A DNA stretch of 64,000 nucleotides from positions 74,121-138,120 of the forward strand of contig CAVVTC010000010.1 of the NCBI GenBank assembly GCA_963751025.1. The letters are read 5' to 3'. The notes under the pieces were generated by a model. That model saw only the letters and a list, made by a program, of their open reading frames with translations. It did not search any database and was not told the DNA's origin. Shown here one piece after another: positions 18,707-30,383 of this stretch (within the stretch, counting starts at the first letter, position 1; the number at the start of each line of letters is the position of its first letter). The position numbers and the translations under genes are program-made. The stretch is from an uncultured Acidobacteriota bacterium (lineage in GTDB: Bacteria > Acidobacteriota > Vicinamibacteria > Vicinamibacterales > UBA2999).

Positions 18707-19980
18707 TTAAAAGTAGCTGCTGAATTCAATGACAAATCCCGATTCTGGCAGATTGGCCGGATTGTCTCGGTCATCCATGTCAAAGAGCCATTCAAATTTG
18801 AGAACCGTTTCCGGCAGAGGGCGGAAATTGACCCCGAAGACGAGTCGTTTGCGGTCTCCGCCGGCAGTGGTGCGATCATCGTCGGTGTCGATTTCGTCAT
18901 AGCGCAACACCAGGTTGAAGGAGGGGTCATCACGGGCCAGGAACGTATTATTCAGGAAGTTGCAGGCCAGAAGCGATAGTTGATTTGCGCGTAAAAGCCT
19001 TCCATCTGTGTGGGTACCGGGACACGTTGCCACCCACGACACGATTGCTGAGTCCGGCGTCGAGGTCGGCCCTCGCGCCTTCGAACAAGAAGGTGAACGG
19101 ACCGATCTTGTACGTGATATCGAGGGCAAAGATGCTGATCGCCCGGTCATTAGTCGTCATCGTACATGCCGTAGTAATACGACAAACCGATGTCCAGTCC
19201 ATTCAAGCGCAGCCAGCCGATATTGCCGGGCAACAAGCCAAGACGCCCTGCAAAGGCTTTGTTATCGTTATTGTCACCCGGCGCTCCGAGGGAGCCACGC
19301 GCCTGTCTCAGACCAAAGCCATCGACAATGTTGTCATCGAGCCCGTTAATCAGATACATCTCATAGTTCACTTCGAGCTGATTGCCGAGGGCAAACGCCC
19401 CATGGAGGCCGAAGCCCACCTCGAACCAGGTGGTTGGAATGATGAACAAATCGACCAGCGGCCGCTCGGATAGCTCCCGTTCAGGGGGATCATGATGGGT
19501 GTTAAAGGCCCCACAGGGACCAGCACGACGCCGCCTCGAACATTGATGGCGGGATGGATCAACCAATCGAGATAGGCTTGTTCCAGCAGGACTTCACCCG
19601 GCTCTTTGGTGCCGAAATCCGGGCCTTTGAACGGGGTTCCACCAAATTCGAATTCGATCTCACTGGTGAACCGAAATCGCGGTGAAATTTCGGCGCCGAC
19701 AAAGAGAATCACTCGGCGTGTATTAAAATCTGAAGTTTGCTTTTCGAAATCGTGTAAAGGTGGTCTGGATATAGCCACCAATTAACGTTTTGGCAGCGAT
19801 TTCTTGCTCGGCGGCAAAATCCTGTTCCAGTGACCCCAGGCGTTCGCGCATCTCCTCCAGCTCATGTTGCAGCTGTTGTAGTTGCTCAACCGTAGCGGCT
19901 TCCCCGCCGGTTTGGGCTTGCCCAAATTGAGGTGCTGCGACCATGAGTATCCATATGAGCATCAACAATCGTACTTGCAC
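18707..19980 (-). pseudogene. Outer-membrane porin-like beta-barrel protein split over at least four frames.
   Basis: The N-terminus (ORF 19723..19980) has a signal peptide plus a coiled coil (EQLQQLQHELEEMRERLGSLEQ). Middle pieces are in ORFs 19368..19781 and 19150..19566. The C-terminus (18707..19150) ends ..FVIEFSSYF*, an aromatic terminal residue. Confidence 0.6.
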
Positions 19981-20062
19981 TAAATCGTACCTCCTGGTTG
20001 AACACCTCGCGAGTCATGAGCAAATCTTCTCTTAGCGATACACTCCCTATCTTGTGTCACGA

Positions 20063-21562
20063 TTACCTTCCAGCCGCTTCCGGCGGTGCTGTATCTCCAG
20101 GCGGGAACCAGCGATACAGATCCATCTGCCAGTGCGGATGATGGACGTACCGATCCCGCTCGAAATGCTGCACCAGATACGCATACGGACTTGTGGTGAC
20201 ACCCTGCACATCAGACGTGGCCAGGATGATGGCAGGGCGCTGTTGGGAGCTCTCCAGATCGTGTTGGGCAGTCGCGAGGTCGTGCCGCTGTCTGACATCA
20301 AAGGTTGGCGCATAAAAAGCAAACATACGCCGCGTGCCCCAGGCATAGAGCCGCGTCGAGTGAACGTCTCAAAATGTCTGGTGACGTACTGCAGCACTTG
20401 CAATTGGGGCGGTGGGGTCAGACGATGCACCAGGACAAGCCGGGTTGAGATGACTCCCAGCCCGAGAGCAGAAGGACGCAGGCCAGGCTGCCAACGGATG
20501 TCGAGAGGCGCTGCAGGCGTTCAAGCCCCAATGCTAAGATCATAAGAGCCACAGGAATCAGGGGGAGTAGGTGGCGCGGTTGATCCGCATGTTGCCCGAC
20601 GGCTAATCCACAGGCTGTAGGGCAAGATGTAAAGCAGTAAAAAGCCGGTGATTTTTCCCCAGCGTAAGTCACGGCAGCAGAGGCCAAAGGCAATCAGCAT
20701 CACCAAAGATGGCAGAAGCCGCAGGATGGAGGTATCCGTCCACCAGAATCCCAGGCTGTACGCCAAGAACCCCCAGGCGAACATCGTGGCGCGATAGGCC
20801 CATTGCTGGTGTTGCGGCATGGCGGACGATACAAGTGTGCCACCCCATTGAAAAAAGTGACCTGAGGTAAATGCCAGACCATCGTGCAATAGCTCAATAC
20901 CGCCGGTCAGCGCCAACTGTGGGGCCAACCACAGGCACACCCCAATGATGAGGCCATAACCGCCATCGCTGAGCGGACTCGTTGTGCAGTCGGGCTGCCA
21001 GTATAGATACAGCAGCAAAGCAGCCCAGGAGAGCAGTAACGGCGCGTAGGACAGCCGGACACCAAGCCCGAGACCCAATAACAAACTACCGAGAAACAGA
21101 TGATAGGGTTTGGCGTCCGAGGCGCAGGCGCGGTAGACCATGTAGGCGGCAGCCATCACGAAAAACAAGCCCGATGCATCGGAAAACGCTTTTTCCGCTT
21201 GCAGCCAGCAAGCCGGATTCACCACAAAAAGCAGCGCCGTGAGGATCGCGACACGAGTGATTTGACAATGTCGTGCCAGCGCATAAAGGGGCACGAGCGT
21301 GAGCGAACTCAACACCGCGCCAGGCAAAATGACGGCGGTCACCGGGTCACGGACGAGAAACCGACACAGCCAGCTCAGAAAGATGTAGACCGGATAGCCT
21401 GGAAAGTGCGGTTGGTAGTCGCTTGATATCGTAGCGGTCGAGGGCCAACGCAAAATCCACACTATCCCAGCCTTCCAGAACGGGGCTGAGGCCCATGCAA
21501 CCGGCTGCCCAGGCAAAGAACGTCAACAAAATAGACCGTGCGGTAGCGATAGTGACATGCAA
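20063..21562 (-). pseudogene. DUF2723/TMEM260-like GT-C-fold membrane glycosyltransferase, copy 1 (frame breaks).
   Basis: The N-terminal piece reads ..LEGWDSVDFALALDRYD.. and the main ORF 20521..21516 reads ..QPHFPGYPVYIFLSW..LVPLYALAR... The protein is polytopic. The C-terminal soluble piece in ORFs 20047..20430 and 20063..20326 is paralogous to the copy-2 tail. Confidence 0.6.
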
Positions 21563-21590
21563 GGTATGGTCTGCAGCATCGTTACGGTCC

Positions 21591-23126
21591 TCATCTCGCC
21601 TCTTCTCGTTGCGTATAATCCGCTTCCAACCGGTACAGGGTCAGCGTATGCAACCAGGGATGGAGGTAGCGATTGCGCGTAAAGGTGTGGATGGGGGTCA
21701 GCTGAAAATCCTGTTGCGAAAACCGCCGGCAAAGAAATCTGAAGTGATTAAAATGGTCTGGGCTGAGGGTGTAGAAATGGTAAGTGGCCGCTGAGATATG
21801 CGGCAAACTGCTACGCCAGGCGGATGCGTAGTACTGAAAAAAGCGGCGACTCCACCAACAATAGACCTGAGTGGTGCGGGGATTAAAATGCTCGGTGACG
21901 TACCGCACCAATTGCACCCGAGTGGGAGAAGTGGTGCGGTATTCGTGCACGAGCGGTAGGGTGATGAGACCGAGGGAGCCGATCAGGAGCATGCTGGTGA
22001 CATAGGCGGGCCAGAATCGCCTGGGTCCGCTGACCCAGCCCATACCGGCTATGTCGCAATCCGGCGGCAATGACCATCAGCAGCGGTGGTAGCAGCGGCA
22101 ACACGTGACGCAGGTTATTGGGATTTTGCGCGATATAGAGCCAGAGACCATACGGCACCAGCCACGCGACGAACACGCCTCGCTGATACGAGGGGCGCGA
22201 GACGACCGCCAACACGCGATCAGTGCCATGAGGCAAAGGCCGGTTGGGATGAGCCGTAGCCATGAGGTTCCCGGCCACCAAAAGCCCAATCCGTTGACCA
22301 CACATTCCAGATGTAGAGCTGGACGGCACGCCCGAGATAGTCGATGCGAGGTCACCAGGGTGTCGCCATAGTGATAGACCGTGCCCACGGTATTCATCTT
22401 TGCTGCCAGAGACGATATCCGACAGGCTGACCTTGAGCAGGAATGGCACCAGCCATAAGCCGATCCCGACAACCATACCGTTCAGAGCCGTGGTGACGGG
22501 GAGACGATCGGCACGCCATCGGCATAGGACGTACACCAGTAGGCCCCAGGCAAACACAAACGGGATGTAGGCCAGACGTGCGCCGAGCATAATGCCAAAG
22601 ATCAGGCTACCCCAGTAAAGAGGCCGTAGCGGCAGGCGGGATCGGCTGATCGGCCGACCCGTCCGTTCCCGGTGTTGGGCCAGGGCGGTATAGCCCAGGG
22701 CTGCGGCAGCCACGAGAAAAAAGAGGCCACAGGTATCGGAGTAGGCTTTGCTCGATTCGAGCCAAAGCAACGGGTTGACTATAAACAGCAGGGCGGTGAG
22801 CGTGGCCGTCGTCTCGCCCATCATGCGATAGGCGAGTTGATAAAGTGGATATACCGTCAGGCTGCCAAATAGGGCGGCCGTGAGCGTGAGTGCCTCAACC
22901 TGGTTCCCAACGACCTGAAGGAACAGCCAACTGACGCGAGATAAACCGGATAGCCAGGAAAATGCGGACGGTAGTTCACGAGATCATAGTGTTCCAAAGC
23001 CCAGGCAAAATGAACGCTATCCACTCCTTCAAGCGCCGTGCTATGAAAGGTAAACCGACTCACCAGACACACGAGCGTTAGCGCAAGGGGTTTCATATAG
23101 AGTCTCTGTTGATCCCAAGTAAACAC
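21591..23126 (-). pseudogene. DUF2723/TMEM260-like GT-C-fold membrane glycosyltransferase, copy 2 (frame breaks).
   Basis: The N-terminus in ORF 22857..23126 reads ..ALEGVDSVHFAWALEHYDLVNYRPHFPGYPVYLAS... The body is in ORFs 21883..22824 and 22077..22472, and the tail in 21591..22070. Confidence 0.6.
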
Positions 23127-23143
23127 GTTGGTCTATCCTATAC

Positions 23144-24527
23144 CTATTGACGAGATGCGTGAAGACCGGAGACGTGACATTGCTCCAGGTTTTCCGCTGC
23201 CGCCAAGCCCATGTCGATGGCATGATCCATGTTGCCGTACTGAAAGCGGCCTTGACGACCAATGGTTTGAAGATTGGTAAAGCGGCTGAGATAGGCGAGA
23301 ATCGCCTCGCGATGTTCTCGATAGCTAAGGGTGTAGATCGGATATTCGTGCGCTTCGCGAGTGACAAATCCCCCGCCGACCTCGTTCATATGCAGCAGCC
23401 CCAGCTCTGCAAGACTGTTGGCAACCCGTTCGATGAGTTGATCCGGGTCTGCGTGCCAGATGGCGTCGCCCTGATCACACGTAATCTCGCGCACATACGG
23501 AGGTCCATTCTGAGGGTGCCAAGTAGGGGCTAAAGCTTTTGGGTTCGCTCAGGCGATTAAACGGATACCGGTCATCGGGGACGTACATCCAGTGATCGCC
23601 CGTCAGCCATTCGCGTTTGATCAGCACATTGACCAGGACCAGGCTGCGATACCACAACCCGTCAATCGCCTGTGTCAGATCGTTGTGGCACTACACATAC
23701 GAGCCAGATGCGGCAATGGAATGGTCGAGATGACCCATCGACTTCAGTTCGACCCTCACGGCCTGAGACTGGTTGTCCAGCGTACGGCGACCACCCGATC
23801 CGACCGCGTCTCAAGGCGTCCGTGACCAACGCGTTCAGCGCGATCGAGCCCCCACATGTTTGAACGGCTCCGCCAATCGGTCGGCGATGCTACCGATACC
23901 TTCCAAGGGATAGTAAAAGGTCGAGTCGCATAGGTGCGAGGTGTCTGACGTGCCGGCCATAGCAGGGCTTGTAAGACATGCCAGAGCGTCAACTGATAGA
24001 TGCGTTCAGCGGCCCAATCTGCCGAGATATCAGTTGGGGGGAGCCCCACAACTTGGTCGTATAGTGGCGGAAATGGGTCTCATACAAAACCTGCCCAAAG
24101 CGATTGACAATCCAACTCTCGAAATGCCTATCGGGCGGCGTTTGCCAATGCCACCGGAGGCGACTGTGCACAAAACTTCCCAGGGCAGCAAAATTGTGGT
24201 ATAACGACGTACTGGCAAACAGGCTCTTGGCTTTGAGCGGATAGTCGAGATATTTGCCGCCTTGAAAATACGGCTCTGTCGCTGACACACCTGGAGGTCG
24301 TCCCCGAGCAGCTCTTGCACCAGTTGGAGCACCCGACTACCGGGAGGTGCCAGGAGCCGATGTGGACCGATATCGAAGGTGAATCCCTGTTGAGAAATGC
24401 TCTTGGCGAGCCCACCGACCAGGTGATCACGTTCGAAGATGTTGACGTCGTAACCCCGTGCCACTAGTCCCCGGGCAGCACTGAGACCCGCAAGTCCTGC
24501 ACCTAAAATCGCGATTCGTGGTGCCAT
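23144..24527 (-). pseudogene. FAD-dependent oxidoreductase (amine-oxidase/UDP-galactopyranose-mutase-like fold), paralogue 1, with many frame breaks.
   Basis: MAPRIAILGAGLAGLSAARGL..FERDHLVGGLAKS (GxGxxG). Fragments occur in ORFs 24030..24587, 23989..24288, 23756..24049, 23475..23657 and 23144..23494. The tail ..LQTIGRQGRFQYGNMDHAIDMG matches paralogue 2. Confidence 0.7.
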
Positions 24528-24649
24528 ACCTGATTCCTGGACCTCTCTCCCCAGTGGGCTATCCGTAGTCGCTATAGCGTCGTGCACTGGCGATTTGCCA
24601 GGTTTTTTTCAGTAATCCAGCCGCACCGCGTAGATTGGCCATGGCCACC

Positions 24650-26017
24650 TCAAACTGAGGTCATCCAGCGCAATTGCTCGGCGAGATATGTCGGCCGCAA
24701 ATAAAAGCGCCGATTGGCTCGGACGAGCGCCCGTTTGAGATCTTTGGCGGTCAGACCCTCGGCAATAAACAGCGGTTCACCCCCGGCAGAGGCCGTCTTA
24801 AACGCTGCCAGGGCACGGGCATCGCTGGTGTGCACACGTGGCAAGCGGGCATAAACTTCGGTGCCGGGGAAGGGGACGAGGACATTAAACAGAGCGATGT
24901 TCGGATTCAGCTCGATGGCGAAGTCAATCGTGCGTTCGATAGACGCGAGGGTCTCCCCTGGAAGACCAAACAGAAACGAAGCGAGCGTTTTGAATCCGAG
25001 TTCACGGCTCCACTTTAACGCCCGGCGGGCTTGGTCCAGCGTGGCGCCTTTTTTCATCACTTGCAGCATGTGCGCATCACCTGATTCCACCCCAAAATTG
25101 AGCGCCACGCACCCGGCGCGTTTCATCAGTGGCCAGGAGTTCCGGGCGTGACGGTGTCGACGCGTGAAAAGGCAAACCAGGTGACACCGACATGTTTTTC
25201 GAGGAGCAGCTCGCAAAACTCGCGCGTCCGTTCCATGTCCCAGGTGAAGGTGTCATCATTGAAAATGACGTGTTCGATGCCATAGGCTGGACCAGGTGTT
25301 CGATCTCCGACAGCATATAGGCCGGACTGTGACCGCGGAATTTGTTACCCAGCGTACGCCACGATTCGCAGAAGGTGCACCGAGCCGGACAACCGCGGCT
25401 GCTGATGAGGTTGGCGGTGCGTTTGCCAAGTTCCAGGTGCGCAGGCGACTTGTACGAGGCAAAACCAGCGAGCTCGCGGGCCGGAAAGGGGATGGTGTCG
25501 ATCTCCGCCCGGAGCGCTCGGCGTGGCGTGAGCATTACCTGATGGTGATAGCGGTAGCCGATGCCTTTAATGCCAGCGAGGTGCAGCGGATCGAGCCCAT
25601 GCGACGCAATCGTGGCGGCCAGCTCGACAATGGTCTCCTCGCCTTCTCCCACGACGAGCACGTCAAACTCGGGATGGTGTTGCAAAATTTCACGAGGCAC
25701 TGACGAGGCGTGTATGCCGCCCAACACTGTCACGACGTCCAAATGGTGTTTGATCTGTTGCGCCAACTGCTGCGCCACAATGAAGTTGGGGGTGGCGCAG
25801 CCAATCCCGACTAGCGCCGGATTTTCTGTTGTAGCCGCTGTATCAGGGCTTGATCACTCAGGGCCTGAATCTCTGGGTCCAGAAACACGACATCATGCCC
25901 GGCCTGTTGCAGGGCGGCGGCAATGTATCCCAGTCCCAGGGGGAAATAGCGGGGCGCGCTTTTCCGCATGGGGCCAAAAATCTGTAGATACGGTGCTTTA
26001 ATCAGGGCGATTTTCAC
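24650..26017 (-). pseudogene. B12-binding-domain radical SAM protein (frame breaks).
   Basis: GTG start MKIALIKAPY..PLGLGYIAAALQQAGHDV. Also present are ..VVGEGEETIVEL.., SSRGCPARCTFCES (Cx3Cx2C) and ..ALNFGVESGD... The gene is split over ORFs 25811..26017, 25077..25778 and 24650..25216. Confidence 0.8.
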
Positions 26018-26162
26018 GTCTGCTACCTCTCATGTTAGCCGGCGTAGGGATCAGGTGGTGGCGGGGATCTGACCGTCACCATCACCCCGCCGCCTGGTGG
26101 TGGCACTCACATGCCGTCATCATCGTCAATGCGGGCAGCGAGGATGTCAGCCAGCCGAATCG

Positions 26163-26763
26163 TCATCTGCAATGCCGTTGAGGTGCAAAATCGAGCAGTG
26201 AACCGGGCAGGTTGGGTGTCAGATCGTCCCGGGCCACGATCGTACCATCCATGCTCTCCTCCGGCGCCATGCCATGGAAAGGGAGGGGACCCTCGATGGT
26301 GACCGTGGTCGAGTAGGTCGGCGAATCGCCTGGTAAAATAAGGTTGGCCGCGTAGTGCCAGCCCTCAGCGACGCCAACATGCGGCCGCAAACGCGTCTCC
26401 AAACGCTCGCCGGTGGTGTCATTAACGACGGTGAGTTGCACCATTAAATACGGCACAAACTCGCCTTCGACGTGGCCGCCTAGGTGCTGGCCGGTGTACC
26501 GCAGTTGCGCTTCGACGTGGAGTTGGGCGTCCGCTTTGGGTAGACTGGGCTGGGAAGTGGTTTCGATCTGATCGGGTGGGGCCACCTCGATGACTGCCCG
26601 CACGGCGCCGTCGGCAATTTCTTCTTCCATGAGCAACACTTCATTAAAGTTGTCCGGTAGTTGGTTAATACTGCTCGTGTCACCTTCTGTGGAAGCTGTC
26701 CTCCAACTCCCCATCTCCGGCACAACTGCTTATCAGGAGAGCCTGCCACAGCGCCAGCAACAT
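26163..26763 (-). pseudogene. P19/FetP/Tp34-like periplasmic iron(copper)-binding lipoprotein. There is one frame break after the signal peptide.
   Basis: ATG 26763 gives MLLALWQALLISSCAGDGE (lipobox). After a shift, ORF 26163..26723 reads ..DAQLHVEAQLRY..GEFVPYLMVQLTVVNDTTGERLETRLRPHVGVAEGWHYAANLILPG..YSTTVTIEGP. This parallels the HLEADIHA..WxPYLxVxY..GxHYGxN layout of P19-family proteins as I recall it. Confidence 0.6.
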
Positions 26764-26903
26764 GACGACAGTAGATAGATTCTGCAGAGATCGAATCCAA
26801 TAAGGTCCGATGAGTCACGGTTGAACTTTCCCTCTATTCATCTTCCCTTTCTCCAGCAGCTGGCGAGGAGATCGGCGGTTTTGCCAAATTCGCGATCAAT
26901 ACC

Positions 26904-28855
26904 TTAGGGAGCGAGTGCGTTGAGTCGCCCGAGGAAATCTTCCCCAAGCGTGGTGATGTAAGTTCTGACGATGGCGTCCGCCGCGGTACGTGCAGTGGCA
27001 GCGGCCGTCCGATCCTCGACTGGCAATTGCCGTGATAAGGCCATTGAACGCCTCGGTCAGATCGAGTTTGTCATTCTTGCCGTTGCCGTCATTCACGGTA
27101 TCGCCCAAGATAATGGCGAGATCGTCAATCGTGATGTCATGAACAAGCGCGCTTCTTCGGCTTCAATCAAGCGCCCGTTGTCGCTGTACGTCATTGGGTA
27201 CTCCGGGTAGCAGAAAATTCGCGTTGATCTCGTTGAGTTCCCGAATCGTGCCATTGGCAAAGGCGAGGCTAAACTCTCCAAGGACCGTGGCGACATCCGC
27301 GGTGATGAGCGCTTCCACGGGTAACTCCAGAATGGTCTGAATGGTGCATTGCCCGTAGGATTGTCTGCGCTGACATGCTGTCGAGCATACGATAGTAGGC
27401 CACACCTCGATCGGTTGACCTCCGCCTCACTCAGATTGCCTGCCAGCGACGTTATCCAACACACCATCGAGTTCCCGTAACACCGCGATATAGATACCCC
27501 GGTACAGGGAAAACGGATGATCTGCTGTTGCACGCCAATCGCGTAAAATCGTCATCCGCCCCGCCACTATCACCATCATTGAGATCGTCATCAATGGCCT
27601 GTTGTCCACGTTCAAATGCCGCCGAGACCATCTGGTCCAGCCTGGGTTCCAGGGTGAGGACTGCGAACGTGGTAGTGTCTACGCCGAGTCGGCTGCGGAT
27701 GAAAGCGCATCGCCTCGAGCCAGCCCAATGGTCGTCCGATGGGCATCGAGAACTCGCAACCGACTCTCTCGCCCCACGGTATGGCCGACAAGGCGCGAAA
27801 ATACATAAACGCTGCGTCCCAGCTATGGTAGACGCCTTCTGTATTGACTGACGGTCTTGGCTTCGAAAGTCGTCGCATTGACGGCCTGCCGCAACATTGG
27901 ACAGAGTGGCTTCGAAAAAGACCCTCAACAAGGTTGTTGACAAAATCTGCGTGGCCGCGTCAGGCGCAATTCGGTTGCTCAGATCCGAGAAGGCCTGCAC
28001 GATATCCGCATCGAGACAGAGGGGTGTCGAGCGTGCTCATCGATCTGCTCGGGTGAATACCTGAAGAGACTGAAAATACTGGTCGGCGATGGCTGCCACA
28101 GGCCGTGGATTTTGACGGCGTAGGGACTCAATCGACTGCTGGGCCAGCAGGCGCCGGTCGGCATCGACGGTTTGTGTACGTGCATTAAAGGTGCCATCCA
28201 GGACATTTTCGCGACGCGAGTCGCAATGGGTCCCGTCAAGCGTGTTAGGGGTTGTAGGTCGATATGACTGATACCGCTCAGCGGTAAGGTCAACAGCATG
28301 ATCGAGATACGACCCGACTTCGGCGTCACCAGCAATATCGCTATGTTTAGCAAGCACCAGTGGGAGGCGCGATCCGCAGATGATGTCGTACGCATCGCTC
28401 AGAGGGATCCCAGGGAAAGCGTTATATTGCTGCCGTAGTGCCATCCTTGCTGCAAGCCCGACCAGCGGCGCGAGACCGAAGGTCAGGGTCTCGTTAATCG
28501 TCGTATTGTTTATGGTCAGTGTAACCCGCAAAAACGGGACGAATTCCCCATTCACCCTTGCCCCTAGATTCGGGGCGTCACGGCGATAGCGAATGTGCAG
28601 GGCCAGTGCGCATCTGCGTTTTGAACATGGTCCGGCGAACCATCCCCATCGCTATCTGCAGTGTTCAGCTGGCCATTAAGCACCCCCGGATGCAAGCTGT
28701 CGGCCGAAGTCAGTTCAAGCGTTGCCTGGAGCGCAGCGCCCGACAAAAAAAACTCTCCTAGCATGATACGATCTTGGGCCCGCGCCTGAGGGAGGAACGG
28801 ACTCAGGTGCCACAAGAGCACGAGCAGGCTGGTGATCAGACGTGGGTGCCATCAT
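26904..28855 (-). pseudogene. Long secreted protein with an N-terminal P19-like domain, a helical domain and a Ca-binding-like DxNxDGxxD motif. It is heavily frame-broken.
   Basis: Pieces read ..NADAHLALHIRY..GEFVPFLRVTLTINNTTINETLTFGLAPLVGL(QQ)GWHYGSNITL (frame-hopping). Later pieces read ..VQAFSDLSNRIAPDAATQIL.., ..YHSWDAAFMYFRAL.., ..DTVNDGNGKNDKLDLTEAFNGL.., ending ..TYITTLGEDFLGRLNALAP*. At least six frame changes are needed to join them. Confidence 0.45.
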
Positions 28856-28894
28856 CGGCTCCGTCTTTTCCTTGCAACTTCTTTCCTCCTTGAT

Positions 28895-30310
28895 TCATTG
28901 AACGGCCTTGGCCTCCAGCAAGGTTTTCTCCACTCGGAGATCGTAGATATCCGCTTTGGTGCCCTGTCCTCGCAGGCAGCGGGCGGCCGCGAAGCCCATT
29001 TCCATCGCCGTGTCGGCGAAGATGTACCGAAACGTGCCCTGCCGACCACAGGTAATGAGGTTGTCGTAGCGGTTGACACGTCATAGAGCATTTGTCGGTG
29101 CGCTTTGAATTCGCGTCGATAGATGGGATAGGCATGACGGGCACGCGTTGAAAAACAATCGATCACGTGCCTTTGAATATCGATGCCAAGCGTCTAGAGG
29201 TCTTTGATGCAGCGCTCCAACAGGTTCGCGTCCGCAGCGTTCCAGATGTCGTCTCCGACCTGGCACGGAATTTCCAGCATGAGAGAGGTTTGACCGTTCG
29301 GGGCATTGAACGGACTCCGTTGCTTCGGCTCCTGGATACGCGTCATGAGGTACTTCTTGTTCTGACACGTAGGTCCAGGTATTGCCACTAATCTCGGGTT
29401 GATCGACTAGGAGATTCAAAAACCGCAGGCTGCGAAAGCGGAGCTGCGCCGAGGCCGCCAACGCCTCGGGAGCAACACTCGGGGTGAGCATGCGGACCAG
29501 CTCCGGCAGCGGCAAGGTGGAAATGAGCGCATCGCACTCAGAGATTCTCGCTGGCCACATAGTCAAATTCCACCCGGTGACGCGGTCTTGCCGCACGTGC
29601 ACTCGACGAACCCGGGCCGGAGAGAGGATGTGACCGCCCTGTTGCTCGACGACCTCGCCAATGCGTTCAAAAAGCTGACCGATGCCTTTTTTGGGATAGT
29701 AATATTTCTTGGCATAGGTCCGAGGCGTCCCCCTGCCGATGCCGAACAAACGCCAAAACGCGTCACCTAAATTGAGTAGCGAGATGCGCTGAGCGGCCCA
29801 ATCAGACGAGAGTTGTTGTGGTGCAAGGCCCCATAATTTCTCGGTATACGGCCCAAAAAACGTGCTGTACAAATGACGTCCAAAGCGGTTCACGACCCAC
29901 TCTTCGAACGACTGATCCGAACGCCTTCCGAGGCGATGCATCGCATTGTGCATCAGGTAGTCGACAAAAGCGTAGGTACCAAATCGCAAACCCGTGGTGC
30001 TGAAGACTTCACGCGCAGATAAAGGATAGGTAAATTGTTGTCCGCCCAGCATAATGACACTCTTACGGGTCTGGACGAGCAAGTCTTGCTGCATGAGCGC
30101 GCACACCTTATCGACGAGCTGCTGATCGGGAGAGATAAACCGGTGCCCCCCTAGATCGAAGCGAAAGCCTCGATATTCGGTGGTGCTGGATAAGCCACCG
30201 AGCTTGGTATCCTGTTCGAGCACCGTCACGTTGTCACCCTGAGTCGTGAGCTCCCAAGCCGCGCTGAGCCCACACGGCCCGCCGCCTAAAATCACCACGG
30301 TTTTTGCCAT
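28895..30310 (-). pseudogene. FAD-dependent oxidoreductase, paralogue 2. The C-terminal third is frame-broken.
   Basis: MAKTVVILGGGPCGLSAAWEL..LEQDTKLGGLS (GxGxxG) is intact for ~330 aa in ORF 29081..30310. The protein then continues in ORF 29194..29388 and in the frame of 28852..29166 (..AHAYPIYRREFKAHRQMLYD.. then ..CGRQGTFRYIFADTAMEMG..). Confidence 0.75.
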
Positions 30311-30383
30311 GCCCTAATCTCCCTCAAACCCACTGGAGGTGGTGTTCTGCCTGCCGCTAACGCCACCTCCAGGAAGGCATTGG

